From: the human T2T-CHM13v2.0 reference genome, Homo sapiens
Assembly (NCBI RefSeq): GCF_009914755.1
Contig: NC_060947.1
Strand: one strand, 5' to 3'
Length of the DNA: 64,000 bases
Position numbers and translations under genes: made by a program. Below, in pieces: positions 34,972 through 45,610 of the stretch (position 1 is the first letter of the stretch; the number at the start of each line of letters is the position of its first letter). The notes under the pieces are model-generated. The model searched no databases. It was given only the letters and a program-made list of their open reading frames with translations, and was not told the DNA's origin.

Positions 34972-35544
34972 GTGAGACTCAAAAATAACAATAAAAATAT
35001 TCAGGAAATAGTGATATCTAACTTGCACTAGACCTTTTCTCTTTTGGGCAAAAATTACCCATCATTCCCCCAAATTTTCCCATGCATTTTGGTTATACAC
35101 GACAGTGTTTTGATGGATTTGTATTGAAGAATAATGAAGATATTATTTTCCATGCTTAGAATGATGTAGACAACATAACAGTTGCAGGAAGTAAGATGAC
35201 ATCAGGTATCAAAAAACATATTGTAATAATAATTTGGAGGTGGTAGGTATCAGGAGAACAGAAATTCTTTCACATACATCCCCACCCCCCTCCACACACA
35301 CATATACACACAGAGAGCTACTCTTCTCATAAATTCTCGAAATATTGCAGAGCCTGGTGATAGTCCAACAATATAGAAAAATAGAAGGATAAAGTCAAAT
35401 TGCTTCAATATTAAAGGAAAGTGTGAATCCAGAAAAGTGGAGAATGTGTAGATTTTGGGGTTATGCATATATCATCTCATACAGCCTCAACATTATTATC
35501 TTAAATTTCATATATTAGAAGTTTAGGCTAACAGAAATGGTTAT

Positions 35545-36110
35545 CGAATAGGAAATGCAAATAGCCAAAAGACATATGCTCATTCTCACTATTAACAATG
35601 TGAATACAAGTTGAGATACCATGTTATATTTCTCACGTTCACTAAATTAAATGCAAAATACCAGATATAAGTGAGGAGGTGGAAGAAGAGGACCTTGTTT
35701 CTTGGACCATAAATTGGTATAGCCTTTAGGAGATAAGTTTGAAGATATCTAATGTATTTGAGGATATGTATAATCTGAGACTCTGCAAGTCTACTTTTAA
35801 AGTGTACAACCCAGAGAACAGTCATACACGTGAAGCATTCTTACTGTAGCTTTTTTTTGTAATACTTAAAGACTGAAAAAATATTCTAATGTCCATCAGT
35901 AGAAGAATGATCCAATAAACAGTTACAGTCATACAATGAAATATCATAAAACAATAAGAAAAGAATGAACTAGAACTACATTTGTTACATGGCAAAATCT
36001 CAAAACCATAGCATGTTGAAAAGTTTCAGAAGGATATCTGTGTGTGTACAACAGAACATTTATGTAAAATGCAAAAATGCAAGACTACTAATTAAATATT
36101 TTATGTGTAC
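35545..36110 (+). mobile_element. L1ME-type 3' fragment
   Basis: aatgtccatcagtagaagaatga...atacaatgaaatat...aagaatgaactagaactaca. Confidence 0.6.
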
Positions 36111-36132
36111 ATATTTATTTTAAATGTGTACT

Positions 36133-36762
36133 TCATCAACAAATGAATGAATAAAGAAAATATACCAATATTCCATTGGTATATATACACAATGGAGTAC
36201 TATTCAGCCTTAAACAAAAGAAGGAAATCCTGCCATTTGTAGCAACATAGAAAAACCTTGTTCCTTGGAGCATAAATTGAAGTGAAATAAGCCATAAATT
36301 GGAGTGAAATAGGCATAAATTGGAGTGAATTGGGGTAAAATAAGCCAGGTGCAGAAAAACAAATACCACATGATCTCACATATATGTACAATCTAATGAA
36401 GTTGAACTCAGAAATAGAAAGTAAAATAGTGGTCACCACAGGCTGGGGGGTGGGAAAATTGAGAAAATGTTGGTCAAAAGAAACAAAATTTTAGTTTGAC
36501 AAAAGAAATAAGTTCAAGAGACCTATTATCCATCATGGTAACTACAGTTTATAACAATATATAGCATACTTAAAAATTGTTTTGAAAGTAGATTTTAAGT
36601 TTACCCACCACCAAAATGGTATATTAGGTAATGCCTATGTTAAATAGCTTGATTTAGCCATTCCACAATGCATATATATGTATATATACACATATACACA
36701 TATATATCAAAACATGCTGTACATCATAGATATATACAATTTTTATTTGTCAATTTTAAAAT
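36133..36762 (+). mobile_element. L1MA (L1MA8-like) 3' end
   Basis: aatggagtactattcagcctt...ggtaatgcctatgttaaatagcttgatttagccattccacaatg. Confidence 0.82.
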
Positions 36763-36771
36763 ACATAAATG

Positions 36772-39700
36772 TGAGGGGACATCAGCAAGACAGCAAAATA
36801 GGATGCTATAGACCCTCTTTCCCCTAGAGAGACCCTGAGTTAACAACAATATAGGGACCAGAATAACTGAGAACTCTAGAGACTAGTTAGGAAGCTATGG
36901 AACCCAGGTTATTGTAAAACCCAGAAGGGATTCCAGTGAAAGGGGTAGAAAAAATCATTGCATTTTGTGCACCTGTTTCTGTCCCTCACCCTATGTTACA
37001 TAGCACAGAGCAATAAGGAGAAAATCCCTCATGTCTGGGCTCCTCCCTCAGGAGAAAAACAAAAGAGTGCATAAAATGTTCTAACTTCCCTTGGGGCTTC
37101 CTAAGGAAAGGTTTTTCTGTCTTGCCTGATTTGGAGTGCTGATGGGACAGCAGCAGAGTTTGGAAGCCACTGAAGAAAGGGGTAAGCAGTGCATTAGAGC
37201 TGCAGTTCTACAGTTAAATGCCAGGAGATCCAAGAGATTGGAAAGTTCTGAGAGGTCCTGGAACCTCCAACCAGGCTGACTGGTGAAGATCTTTCCCTGC
37301 ACAAAGCCAGTACCACAAAGATTAGGAGAGGTGGCTTTTTTTTTTTCTTCAAAATGCCCAAATCCCAACAAAAAATAACAAAGCATATAAAGAAACAGGT
37401 AAAAGTGGCCCAATCAAAGGAACAAAATAAAACTCCAGAAACCAACACTAAAGAAATGTGTACCAAGGGGCTACTCAAAAAAAGAATTTAAAATAACTGT
37501 CATAAAGATGCTCAATGATCCAAAAGAGAACAGATAGACAACTAAATGAAATTAGAAAAATGATTAGTAAACTGAGAATATCAATAAAGAGAAACTCTAA
37601 GAAAGGACCAAATAAAAATTCTGGTTTAAAAATATAATAACTAAACTAAAAAATTAAAAGGGTTCAACAGCAGACATAATCAAGCAGAATCAAGTCCAGT
37701 AACTTAAAGACAATTTATTTGACATCATTGAGCCAAAGGGCAAATGAGAAAAGAGAATGAAGAAAAGCAAAATAGCCTAAGAGACTTATGGGACACTATC
37801 AAGCTGGGCAATATATGCATTATAGGGGCAACAGAGGGAGAAGAGAGGGGGAAAAAAAGAAGCATAGAGCGTATTAGGAGACATATTGGGATAAAACTCC
37901 CAAATCTGAAAAAAGAAAAAGATTCAACAGGTTCAAAACTGTGATAAAACCAAAGAGAATCACATCCAGATACTTTATAATCAAACTGTCTTAAGTCAAA
38001 GAGGGAGAATCTTGAAAGCAACAAGAGAAAAGTGATTTGTAACATACAAGGGAGCCCCAAGCATGGAGGTTTTGTATGCAATTGAAGTTAAGTTGTTATC
38101 AGTTTAAAACAGACAATTACAAATATGAAAGGTTTTATGTATACCCCATGATAACCATGGAGAAAAAACCTACAGAAGATACATAAAAGAAAAAGAAAGG
38201 AGTTAAAGTATATCAATACCAAAAAAAAAAAAAAAGACGAAGACAGCAAGCGAGGAAAAGAGGGACAAAAACTCCATGATAGTGAGAAAACATTATGATA
38301 TTGGCAATAATAAGTCCTTAGACTCGCTTTAGATTTAAAGACACACATACACTGAAAGTAAGAGAAACAGATAAATGAGGGTGTCACAACTACAAATTTG
38401 GTAAAGGATAGTCTCTTCAACAAATAGTTTTGGAAGAACTGAATATATACTTGCAAAGGAATAAAACTGGACCCTTAACATACCCCATACACAAAAATCA
38501 ACTCAAAATTGATTAAAGATTTAAATGTAAAGCCTGAAAGTATAAAACTCCCACAACAAAACATAAGGGGAAGTCTTCATGACACTGGTCTTGGCAATGA
38601 CTTCTTCGATATGAAATAAAGCACAGGCAACTAAAACAAAAATAGATCAGTGCCATTTCATCATGAAAAAAAGCCTCTGAACACCAAAGAAAACAATCAA
38701 CAGAGTGAAAAGACAACCTACAGAATGGAAAAAAATGTTTGAAAACCATGTATCTGAAAAGAAGTTAATATCCAAAGTATATAAAGAACACATATAAATA
38801 AATAGCAAAAAACCAAGTGACCTTATTTTTAAAATATGGGCAATGGACTTGAATAACCATTTCTCCAAAAAGCGCCTATTGGTTGACAGGTAAATTAAAA
38901 GATAATCAACATTACTAATAATCAGGGAAATGCAAATCAAAACCACAATGAGTTGTCACCTCACACCTGTTAGGATGGTAACATGATTTGGCTCTGTGTC
39001 CCCACCCGAATCTCACTTTGAATTGTAATAATCCACACGTGTTAAGGGCGGGACCAGGTGAAGGTAATTGGATCATGGGGGTGGTTTCTCCCATGATGTT
39101 CTCATGATAATGAGTGAGTCTTATGAGATCTGATGGTTTTATAAGCATCTGGCATTTCCCCTGCTTGCACTCACTCTGTCCTGCCACCCTCTGAACAAGG
39201 TGCTTGCTTCTCCTTTGCCTTCCACCATGATTGTAAGTTTCCTCAGGTATCCCCAGCAATGTGAAATTGAGAGTCAATTAAACCTCTTTCCTTCATAAGT
39301 TACCCAGTCTCAGGTATTTCTTCATAGCAGTGTGAGAATGGACTAATATGGATGGCCATTATTTAAAAAATTACAACTATTGGCAAGGATGTAATTGGTG
39401 AAAACATAAAATGATTCAGTCACTATGGAAAACAGTATGGAGTTTCCTCAAAAAATTCAGTAATCCCACTTCTGGGTATATATCCAAAAGTGTTGAAATC
39501 AGGATCTCAAAGAGATACATGCAATCCCATGTTGACTGCTGTATTATTTACAATAGCCAAGATATGGAAATTACTTAAACATTCATAGATGCATGAATGA
39601 ATAAAAAATATTGTATATACATACAATGGAATACTATTCAGCTATAAAAAGAAGGAAATCATACTATATGAACCTGGAAAACATTATGCTAAGTGAAAAA

Positions 39701-39981
39701 AGCCAATCACAGAAGAATTAACACTGTATACTTCCACTTCTATGAGGTACCTCAAAAAGTCAACCTCATAGAAACAAAGAGTAGTTTGGTGGTTGCCACG
39801 CGCTGAGGAGAGGAGCAATTGGGGAATTTCTGTTCAATTAGTATAAAGCTTCAATTATACAAGACAAATAAGTTTTAGGATCCTGCTGTACTACACTGTG
39901 CTTATAGTTAACAATATTACATTATGCACTTAAAAATTCTGATAAGAGAACTTAACATGCAATATACATTTTTATGACATT

Positions 39982-39983
<2 letters not shown>
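36772..39983 (+). mobile_element. Old L1M/L1MB with 5'UTR, ORF1 remnant, large internal deletions and 3'UTR
   Basis: 5' start ggggacatcagcaagacagcaaaatagg; ORF1 remnant SLRDLWDTIKLGNICIIG (37744-37944); ORF2 C-terminal DNA from about 38390; L1MA10/MB-type 3'UTR. Confidence 0.8.
38979..39350 (+). mobile_element. THE1D-like solo LTR nested in L1
   Basis: gatttggctctgtgtccccacccgaatctca...gagaatggactaatatg; perfect TSD gatgg (38974-38978 / 39351-39355). Confidence 0.93.

Positions 39984-40029
<46 letters not shown>
39984..40029. repeat. (AC)23 microsatellite
   Basis: direct read. Confidence 0.95.
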
Positions 40030-40031
<2 letters not shown>

Positions 40032-40093
40032 CAACAAAGTCCAGGACTAAATGACTTCACTGGAGAATTTTGTCAAACATTTAAAAGAAAAGT

Positions 40094-41114
40094 CCTTCCT
40101 TCAGGAGCTCTTTTAGGGCAGGCCTGGTGGTGACAAAATTTCTCAGCATTTGCTTGTCTGTAAAGTATTTTATTTCTCCTTCACTTATGAAGCTTAGTTT
40201 GGCTGGATATGAAATTCTGGGTTGAAAATTCTTCTCTTTAAGAATGTTGAATATTGGCCCCCACTCTCTTCTGGCTTGTAGAGTTTCTGCCGAGAGATCC
40301 GCTGTTACTCTGATGGGCTTCCCTTTGTGGGTAACCCGACCTTTCTCTCTGGCTGCCCTTAACATTTTTTCCTTCATTTCAACTTTGGTGAATCTGACAA
40401 TTATGTGTCTTGGAGTTGCTCTTCTCGAGGAGTATCTTTTTGGCGTTCTCTGTATTTCCTGAATCTGAATGTTGGCCTGCCTTGCTAGATTGGGGAAGTT
40501 CTCCTGTAAACTAGTTCAACCCTTGTGGAAGTCAGTGTGGCGATTCCTCAGGGATCTAGAACTAGAAATACCATTTGACCCAGCCATCCCATTACTGGGT
40601 ATATACCCAAAGGACTATAAATCATGCTGCTATAAAGACACATGCACACGTATGCTTATTGCGGCACTATTCACAATAGCAAACATTTGGAACCAACCCA
40701 AATGTCCAACAATGATAGACTGGATTAAGAAATTGTGGCACATATACACATGGAATACTATGCAGCCATAAAAAAATGATGAGTTCATGTCCTTTGTAGG
40801 GACATGGATGAAATTGGAAATCATCATTCTCAGTAAACTATCGCAAGAACAAAAAACCAAACACTGTATATTCTCACTCATAGGTGGGAATTGAACAATG
40901 AGAACACATGGACACAGGAAGAGGAACATCACACTCTGAGGACTGTTGTGGGGTGGGGGAGGGGGGAGGGATAGCTTTAGGAGATATACCTAATGCTAAA
41001 TGACGTGTTAATGGGTGCAGCACACCAGCATGGCACATGTATACATATGTAACTAACCTGCACATTGTGCACATGTACCCTAAAACTTAAAGTATAATAA
41101 TAATAAAATAAAAA
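40094..41114 (+). mobile_element. Young L1PA3-like insertion with 5' inversion (ORF1 piece inverted, 40094-~40506; 3' end forward, ~40504-41114)
   Basis: Minus ORF MKEKMLRAAREKGRVTHKGKPIR... is ORF1p; forward ORF2 C-terminus and 3'UTR; 11-bp TSD aaaagaaaagt (40083-40093 / 41115-41125) at TT/AAAA. Confidence 0.95.
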
Positions 41115-42387
41115 AAAAGAAAAGTTAACACCAATCCTCCCAAAACTCTTCCAAAAAGTTGATAAGAAGGGAATACTTTCAAACTCATTCTACTAATCCA
41201 GTGTTAGCCATGATACAAAAGCCAGAAAAAGATACTACAAGAAAAGAAAACTTTTCAGACCAATATCCCTGATGAAGATTGATGAAAAATATTCAACAAA
41301 GTATTAGAAAATTGAATTCTACAATACTTCAAAAGCATTATATACCATGACCAAGTAAGATTAATTCCTGGAATGCAAAGATGTTGCAATATGCAAAAAT
41401 TAATAAATGTAATACACCACGTTTGCAGAATGAAGGACAAAAACCAAAACCACATGGTCATCTCAATTGATGCAGAACAAAAGTATTCGACAAGATTCTA
41501 CACCCTTAATTAAAAAACTTCATAAAAAAGAAATAGAAAAAAAATGACCTAAATATAATACTCTTTATGAAAAGCCCAAAGATTTTTACTTTTTTTGGAT
41601 AATACTCGATGATGAAGACCGAAAGCTTTTCTTCCAAGATGAGGAACAAGGCAAAGATGACTGCTATCAAAACTTCTATGCCACATAGTCTTGGAAGTCC
41701 TAGCATGAAAAATTAGGCAATGAAAATAAACAAAAGTCACCCAAACTGGAGAAGAGAAAGTAAAATTATCTTTGTGCACAGATGACACGATCTCATATGT
41801 AGAAAATCTTAAAGATTCCACAGAAAGCCTGAATTCAGCAAAGTTACAGGGTACAAAATCAACATACAAAAATCAATTTTGTTTCTATACACTAACAATG
41901 AATAATCTGAAAAGAAAATTAATAAAACAATTCCATTTGTAATACCATCAAGAATAAAATACTTAGGAATAAACTTAACCAAGGTGGTGAAAGACATGTA
42001 CACTGAAAACAATAAGACATTGATGAAATTAAAGAAATCAAAGAAATGGAAAGACAAATCCATTCTCATGAATTGGATCTTATTATTTTTCAAATGTGCA
42101 TAATACCCAAAATGATCTATAGATTTAACACAATTCCTGTCAAAATCCAACTGTCATTTTTCCAGAAAAAGAAAAATTCTTCCTAAAATTCATATGGAAT
42201 CTCAATAGACTTAAAATAACCAAAACAATTTTTAAAAAGAACAAAATTGAAGGGCTCACACTTCCTGATTTCAAAACTTATTATAAAGCCACAATAATCA
42301 AAACAGTGTGGTACTGGTATAAAGACGGACAAATAGATGAATAAAATAGAACAGAGACCCCATAAAAAAAACCCTTGCATATACAAT

Positions 42388-42428
42388 GAGATGGGATCTG
42401 GTGCATTCTGAGTGGTATGGCCATAGTC
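42388..42428 (-). pseudogene. RNA5S: 5S rRNA 5'-fragment retropseudogene (about nt 1-41)
   Basis: Reverse complement gactatggccataccactcagaatgcaccagatcccatctc versus 5S GTCTACGGCCATACCACCCTGAACGCGCCCGATCTCGTCTG; several differences are CpG decay. Confidence 0.8.
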
Positions 42429-42434
42429 CATAGT

Positions 42435-42436
<2 letters not shown>

Positions 42437-42468
<32 letters not shown>

Positions 42469-42582
42469 AGGTAAGGCCTTACTGTGTTGCCCAGGCTGGT
42501 CTCAAACTTCTAGGCTCAATTGATACTCCTACTTCAGCCTTCTGAATAGCTAGGCTTACAGGAACACAACACTGCAGCAGCT
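42437..42582 (-). mobile_element. FLAM / single Alu monomer with a long poly(A)
   Basis: About T31, then gaggtaaggccttactgtgttgcccaggctggtctcaaacttctaggctcaa. Confidence 0.85.
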
Positions 42583-42956
42583 TAGATGGTCAAATGGTCT
42601 TCAACAAGGGTGCCAATACCACTCAATGGGAAAAGAACAGTCTCTTCCACAAATGGTTAGAGGAAACACTTTCAGTCCCATCCAGTTAGGAAAACTGTAT
42701 ATCTACATGCAAAAGAATGAAGTTGAACACTTATCTTACAGAATGTACAAAAATTAACTTTAAAATGGATTAAAGACATAAGCATAAGACCTAAAACTAT
42801 AAAATTCCTAGAAGAAAACAAGGGAAAAGCTGTATGGCATTGGACTTGGTGATGATATCATTGATATGACACCAAAAGCATACACGGCAAAAGCAAAATT
42901 AAACTAATAGGACTATATAAAACTTAAAATATTTTGTGCAGCAATGGACACAATCA

Positions 42957-43267
42957 GCCAGGTGTGGTAGCACTTGTCTATAGTCCCAACTACTCGGGAG
43001 GCTGAGGCAAAAGGCTGAGGCAGGAAGATCAGCCTGTAGTGAATTATGCCAATCAAGTGTCCACACTAAGTTCAGCATTAATCTGGTGAACTCCTGGGAG
43101 CAGGGTATCACCAGGTTACCTAAAAAAGAGGGAACTTGCCCAACTTGGAAATGAAGCATGTCAAAACTCCCATCCTGATCAGTAGTGGGATTGTGCCTGC
43201 ATATAGCCACTGCACTCCAACCTAGGCAACACAGCAAGACCTGGTCCATTGCAAAATAAACAAAAAA
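42957..43267 (+). pseudogene. RN7SL: 7SL (SRP RNA) processed pseudogene, near full length
   Basis: Contains the S-domain that Alu lacks (gtgtccacactaagttcagcatta...ccaggttacctaa...gtcaaaactcccatcctgatcagtagtgggatt); A-rich tail; 10-bp TSD gacacaatca (42947-42956 / 43268-43277). Confidence 0.95.
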
Positions 43268-45525
43268 GACACAATCAACAGGTGGAAAGGCAACCTACAG
43301 AATGGGAGAATAGGATAAATTATTCGTGAACCATATATCCGATTAGGGGTTAATATCCAGAATATATAAAAAAACTCACTCCTACAACTTAATAAAAAAG
43401 TCAAATAACCTGATTTAAAACAGGCAAAAAAACTTGAATAAATGTATCTCCAAAGATGACATACAAATGGCCAACAAGCATATGAGAAGATGCTCAACAT
43501 CAGTAATCATCAGAAAAATGCAAATCAAAACCACAATGAGATATTACCTCACACTGCTTAGAATAGCTATTATCAAAAAGACAAAAGATACCAAGTGTTG
43601 ACAAGGATGTGGAAAAATTGGTATCCTTGTTCACTGTTAGTGGGATTGTAAAATGATGCAATTGCTATGGTAAACAGTATGGAGTTTCCCCATAAAATCA
43701 TAAATACAAGTACCATATGATCCAGCAATCCAACTTCTAGGTATACACTCAAAAAAATTCAAAGAAGAATCTCAAAAAGATATTTGCATACCCATGTTTA
43801 TAGCAGCACTATTCATAGTAGCTGAGTTAGAAGCAGTCCAAATGTCCATCAAGGGATGAATAGATAAACAAAACATGATATATATCTAGAATAGAATATT
43901 ACTCAGCCTAAGAAAGGAAGGAAATTCTGTCACATGATATATCATGGATGAACCATTAGTATATTATGCTAGGCGAAATAAGCCATTCACAAAAAGACAA
44001 ATACTGTATAATTCCACGTACATGAGGTATTTAAAGTAATCAAATTTATATAAACAAAAAGTAGAATGGTGGTTACTGGGGCTGGGGAAAAGGCAAAAAG
44101 GGGAGTTGTTTAATGGGTGTAGAATTTCAGACTTGCTAGATGAAAAAGTCATGGAGATCTGTTTTATATCAATGTGAATATACTTAATACTACTGAAGTA
44201 TACAGTTAAACATGGTTAATTTTGCTAATTTTGTTTTTTACCATAATAAAAAAAAGTATAAAGTCCTGCATGGGATGGATATATTACAACTCCAGGGTAG
44301 CTTTTTCAGTGGAGGATAGGAGGTGAATGAAATTAGGGCAGGGCAACTTTATTTATTATAAATAAATCTGAATCAAATAATAAAAACGTTAATATTTTCA
44401 AACATGGATGAAGAGTACGTAAGCATTTACTATATTATATCCTACAGTTTTTTGCTTGAAATATAACTATGCAAACATTCTTTTCAATCTTGAAATTTAT
44501 GAAAATGTATTGTCCAAGTTTTCACAAATAGTAAAAGAAAGATTTGAATTTGTCTGCCTAATTTTAAATTCCTTAAAAGAAACTCCTATTCTGAACTAAT
44601 GATTGACTAAATTACTGAGAGCACCTAAAAAGGTAGTCTGATTTTTCTTCTCTATTTATCTAGTAACAGCAGCATTTTCCACCATGCCTCCAACCTAGAG
44701 AGTTGATTACCAGCTAAATGAATTATGTTTGTTGGAAATCCTCAGTTTCCAAACTAATTTCTTGCCAATTCCTACTTGCACACGATATATCATTTTTATC
44801 TTTGCTCTATACTTACTATTTAGCTATCTATTTATGATATACTAAATGCCTAGAAGTTTCCCCTATATTTTTCATTCCTCAAATATAGATCCCTGCAAAT
44901 CTCAAGCTTAATTGAATATGTACATAGAATAGTCAAGTTAGGCAATCATGTTGACATAGGAACATGCCCAGGAGTTGAGAGTGAAAACCACTCTTCATCT
45001 TCTGTGCACTATATGCTTTGATTCCACTGAATAGTGATCTACTTGTAAGTGCTGATTTTGAGGAATCATCATTATTTCTAGATTTTATTGCTTATCACTT
45101 GGCATTGGCCATACTATTATGTCAGATCATTTATCAACCACACTAAAGTTATAAAGTTATTGACTACACAGTTTAGTTTTGGCTTATTTTACTAAATATT
45201 TAATAAATTCCTTTTTTAGAGACAAAAATTCAATTCTTCAAAGTAATCTATGTTTATTATGTACCAAATAAGAGAATTCTATTTGGCTCCATTGACTTAA
45301 AGAAATCTAATGTAAGTCTTTATCTAATACTAACAGTGATCTCATTTTCCATGGTCCATATCCAGAAATAATTTTTACTGATAAGGAACATTGGGATTTC
45401 TGTGAAACTAATTCTGTATCTGTCATTATCATTAATTTATTTGTATTGCCTAAGTTTAATTGTGTCAATATTCCCTAAATGATTTTTATTAGAATTTCAC
45501 CTAGGTCCTACACTTTCCTTATTAA

Positions 45526-45610
45526 ATATATATGTATGTTTGTGTGTGTGTGTATATGTACATGTGCGTATATATATATGTGTGTGTGTGTGTGTGTATG
45601 CATATATATA
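45526..45610. repeat. Compound (TA)/(TG) microsatellite, probably within a decayed antisense L1M
   Basis: direct read. Confidence 0.85.

Larger units (their letters stand above)
40030..44255 (+). mobile_element. L1MB (L1MB3-like) ORF2 to 3'UTR, host of several nested insertions
   Basis: Colinear decayed ORF2 on both sides of the nested inserts; 3'UTR gggagttgtttaatgggtgtagaatttcag...aatgtgaatatacttaatactactgaa; A-tail. Confidence 0.85.

Noticed and set aside
40945-40972. G-quadruplex-like G-tract
   Set aside because: Standard feature of the L1PA 3'UTR.
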